Origin: Podarcis tiliguerta | Taxonomy: Eukaryota | DNA length: 64,000 nt | Direction: 5' to 3' (one strand) | Assembly: GCA_965153285.1 (NCBI GenBank) | Contig: OZ229115.1 | Notes under the pieces: generated by a model | Seen by the model: the letters and a program-made list of their open reading frames with translations, nothing else | Told to the model about the DNA's origin: nothing | Database searches by the model: none | In this document: one piece after another, positions 61,301 through 64,000 of the stretch | Layout: each line of letters opens with the position of its first letter | Position numbering within the stretch: the first letter of the stretch is position 1 | Made by a program: the position numbers and the translations under genes

Positions 61301-63920
61301 GTCAGCCTGCAGCTGCTGAGAATTCCGCTTACCCTTTAAATGGGTAACAAGATGGCCAATCACAAATCTGCTAAGTGGTGTCACTTGGGTCCACACATGA
61401 AAGAGGGTGTCCCATTAAAGGGATCCACAAGGAGTTGCTTCTGTCTGAACATCCAGGCGGGGGTTAGGGTTATAGCACTCATTGACCAGGGACCCTTTGG
61501 GGGGGTACCCCAATTTGGTGAAGGTCATAGTATTGCGTTGGTTGACCTTAGAAAAACTTCCAGTCGGTAGGTTGGACTTCAAATGATATACCCAATGCCT
61601 ATGGCTAACATTCACATCTGTAATCAATAAAGTTGTGGCCTATTTGACCCATTTTACATTTACTCTCTTTGTCCTGTCTGGTTATTTCACTGTAATGGGG
61701 GCAATGGGGTCATTCATGGTGACTTGGCATGCAAGCTCCTCACTTTTAGAAAGGCAAAGGGAAAAAACCAAATGACCCTAAACCACTGGTTCCCACTCCC
61801 TGGTAAACCCCTTGTTCACACCCATGTTAGTTTTGCAGATTCCCCCCAAAATCATCTTTGAAATTTGGGGGCTGAAATCCTGGCTCTATCTTGAGCCAAA
61901 ATATCTTTTGGAAGCAAGTGCCATTGAATTCAATGGCGCCTTTTTCCAGGTAATTGCATGGAGGATTGCAGCCCAAAACACATGAGGAAGATAGAACCGC
62001 ATTAACATGATTGTGATGTTCATAGTGTCTCTCTTATTCCTTCTGCAGCTACCTTAAATTTGTATGAGAGATACCATTTCACCAGTTTCAGAAAGCAAGC
62101 CATTGCAGAAATGTATGAGCAAATAAAGGCTGATGACATATTCTCAAATGCCACTAATTCTAGTCCGGTAGGTCCTTTGTGAATGTCTTTCAGAAATAAT
62201 TGTATCGGGACCAAATTACTTTTGATGGCAGCATATGTTCCTTCTCCTGAGGAAGATTTCCCCCAGAAACCAGTATACTTCCAAAGGTAGAGCTATGCTT
62301 GTGACAATCTTGTTCTGCCTGCTTGGAAGAGTTTCTGTGTTTGGCTGGTGACATGCAGAGACATAGCCATGTGGCAGATGAGTGTGCTAAGCATGGAGGT
62401 ATAGTGGAGGAGAATTTCTAACTGGAATGATATCTCTTTTGTTCTGTAGATTTGTAAAGCGTTTCATGTGCTAATAAGACGGCATGTTGATGGAGCCAAT
62501 TCTCCAGCTTTTCAAGAACATATCTCCAGAATTTATGACTACCTTTGGTAAGGCTGGCATATTTATTCCACCCATCTTTGTAGTGTCCTGAACATGGTCT
62601 TGCATAAGTGTGGTTTTGCAGACCTTGATCTTTCCTCAAAAAAGGATCAATCAGACTAGAAAACGTAAAGCACATTCACACCGTACTTCAGAATGGTGTG
62701 TATACCTGTGACATCTGTCATATGTGCACAGATGAGCACAGATGCTGAGATGGCAGTTTCATCACTAGGAGTTCCAGGGGGTTGCAGGGGGAGGGGCAGA
62801 AAGGGCATGCACACTCTATAAAAATATCTCTGCCCCCTATCTGATGTGAACAACCCTGTGCAAATGTGGCTTGCATTGCAGTGGGATAAAATGACCTTGC
62901 TGCGTTTTAAGCCATTGATGTGAACATATCCTTATTTGCAGTATAGGCAGATCTCATGCACACCCATGCCTCACTCATGGTGTTGTATGGAAGAGATATC
63001 AGGATGATTTGGGTCTCCTATTATGCAATGCAGATAGGTAACTACATGGTCTTGTGTCTGCTATAATCTCTGCTTTTTATATCTCTGCAGGATGGGACAA
63101 GATGGTATGTTAATAAAGGTACAATAGTGTGAACCAATATGTTGGGAAATATTATGGGCTGCAATTTGCATTGCTTTGGTGACTCTGAAGCTCAGCTGTC
63201 TTCTCCTTGCCTGACAGCACCAGCTTCTTTGAAGTGAATATCAAAATATCAGGAGATCCAGTCATGACTCTCCTGCATAAAGTGTAGCTTCACCCCAGGG
63301 TTAGGGCTAGGAGATAAGATGTAAGATAATACCAGGTCATGTAGCACCTTTTTAAAATGCTGATTCAGATCTTATCTGATGTGCCAAGAATCCCAAAACA
63401 CATGCTGCTTAACTGAGAGAACAAGAGGAATTGATCAGTACACAATACAATCAAAACAAGGGCCAAGTGAAGGTGCAGAAGAGCCCTTTAGTTACTGATT
63501 TACTCCCAGTGCTCTTGCTTTCTTTTAAAATAGCGTATTATAAAATAAAAATGGGAGGAAACCAATTGTTCACCACTCCCACACAATTCTGACCACACAA
63601 ATTTCAGAGGCTTCCACACCAGTCCACCCACATTTTCCCATCTTCCACTCAGTTAAGCAGGAGGCCTTATCACCGTTCCATGAGACATTCCAGCCCTTAA
63701 GGAGGGTGCAGAGCAAGGCCAGTGGGGGAGGGTGTAGGCTGGGAAGTGGACATGACTGGGGAAGCATCCAAAGGGCTGGTTAGAGAGGACTGTATTCAGC
63801 TCCCAGGCCAGTAGTTCTCCACCCCTGATCTAATGGACAAAACTGTTCTTCCTTTCTTTATATCAGGTCATGGGATCACAGACCTGGGATACATCATTTG
63901 CCATTCAATGCTTCTTGGAG
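49359..63920 (+). CDS. LSS-like: Oxidosqualene cyclase / lanosterol synthase-like, copy C (exons 1-12; continues beyond window)
   Basis: Exons: 49359-49372, 50655-50823, 52032-52170, 53262-53370, 54966-55087, 58162-58258, 59595-59730 (GC donor), 60427-60535, 62049-62167, 62450-62547, 63091-63118, 63867-63920. All are the same length as in copy A, frame open, splice sites intact. Confidence 0.92.
53646..54177 (+). mobile_element. Solo LTR in intron 4 of copy C
   Basis: TGTGACG...CGCCACA termini. 5-bp TSD ATGAT (53641-53645, 54178-54182; single atgat in copy A). CCAAT 53699, TATAAAA 53734, AATAAA 54027. Confidence 0.85.
54582..54823. mobile_element. Tc1/mariner-type MITE
   Basis: CAGTGGTACCT TIRs with TA flanks; absent from copy A intron 4. 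Confidence 0.88.
55211..55270. repeat. (TTCC)n microsatellite
   Basis: Direct inspection. Confidence 0.9.
55560..55801. mobile_element. Tc1/mariner-type MITE
   Basis: CAGTGGTACCTCGGGTTA...TAACCCGAGGTACCACTG with TA flanks; absent from copy A intron 5. Confidence 0.9.
56200..57550 (-). mobile_element. L1 LINE fragment (RT domain plus ORF2 C-terminus, internally deleted)
   Basis: RT motifs [21 protein letters not shown] and AFADD (57012-57512) lie very close to the C-terminal Cys-rich region and [14 protein letters not shown] (56414-56644), implying an internal deletion. 3' UTR towards 56200. Confidence 0.9.
58666..58811. mobile_element. hAT-type MITE
   Basis: CAGTGCT...AGCACTG ends with a near 8-bp TSD (gctttaag/gttttaag). 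A partial relative lies at about 35905-36037. Confidence 0.7.
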
Positions 63921-64000
63921 GTATCATTTGTCAAATCTTCTGCTTTTGTTCTCTCCACAATAATTTCCATTTACATATATATATATATATATATATATAT

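Noticed and set aside
61110-61730. Possible second LTR in copy C intron 8 (also 57560-58050 and 37130-37500)
   Set aside because: LTR-like composition, but I could not define termini or a target-site duplication.
49359-63920. Copy C as an uncollapsed allelic haplotype of copy A
   Set aside because: Introns differ by many indels and several independent transposon insertions, and a third distinct copy lies between them; this is too divergent for alleles.

Overview
Squamate reptile genomic DNA (Sauria SINEs, BovB, CR1, L2, L1 and squamate-type MITEs; probably a lacertid lizard). Left part: 5' portion of an MROH7-like gene (minus strand, continuing off the left edge) and PARS2 (mitochondrial prolyl-tRNA synthetase; CDS in one exon; CpG-island promoter with a perfect NRF1 site). 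Right two-thirds: a tandem array of oxidosqualene cyclase (lanosterol synthase-like) genes on the plus strand, largely missed by the ORF track because the exons are small. Copy A is complete (22 coding exons, 20878-39986, 748 aa). Copy B is a truncated pseudogene (exon 1, no exon 2, exon 3, broken exon 4). Copy C is intact through exon 12 and runs off the right edge. The copies keep the LSS exon structure and catalytic core (SDCTAE, H232/Y503/C533/W581/F696 equivalents). They are not in the human LSS neighbourhood, and they carry concerted changes in cavity residues (Y98C, W192L, Y237T, a one-residue deletion in the GTNGSQ loop, GVFNKSCAISY to [11 protein letters not shown]). Several of these resemble plant non-sterol triterpene synthases. 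Main hypothesis: a neofunctionalised, expanding lizard triterpene-cyclase locus making something other than lanosterol. Residue numbers refer to human LSS recalled from memory and should be confirmed by alignment.
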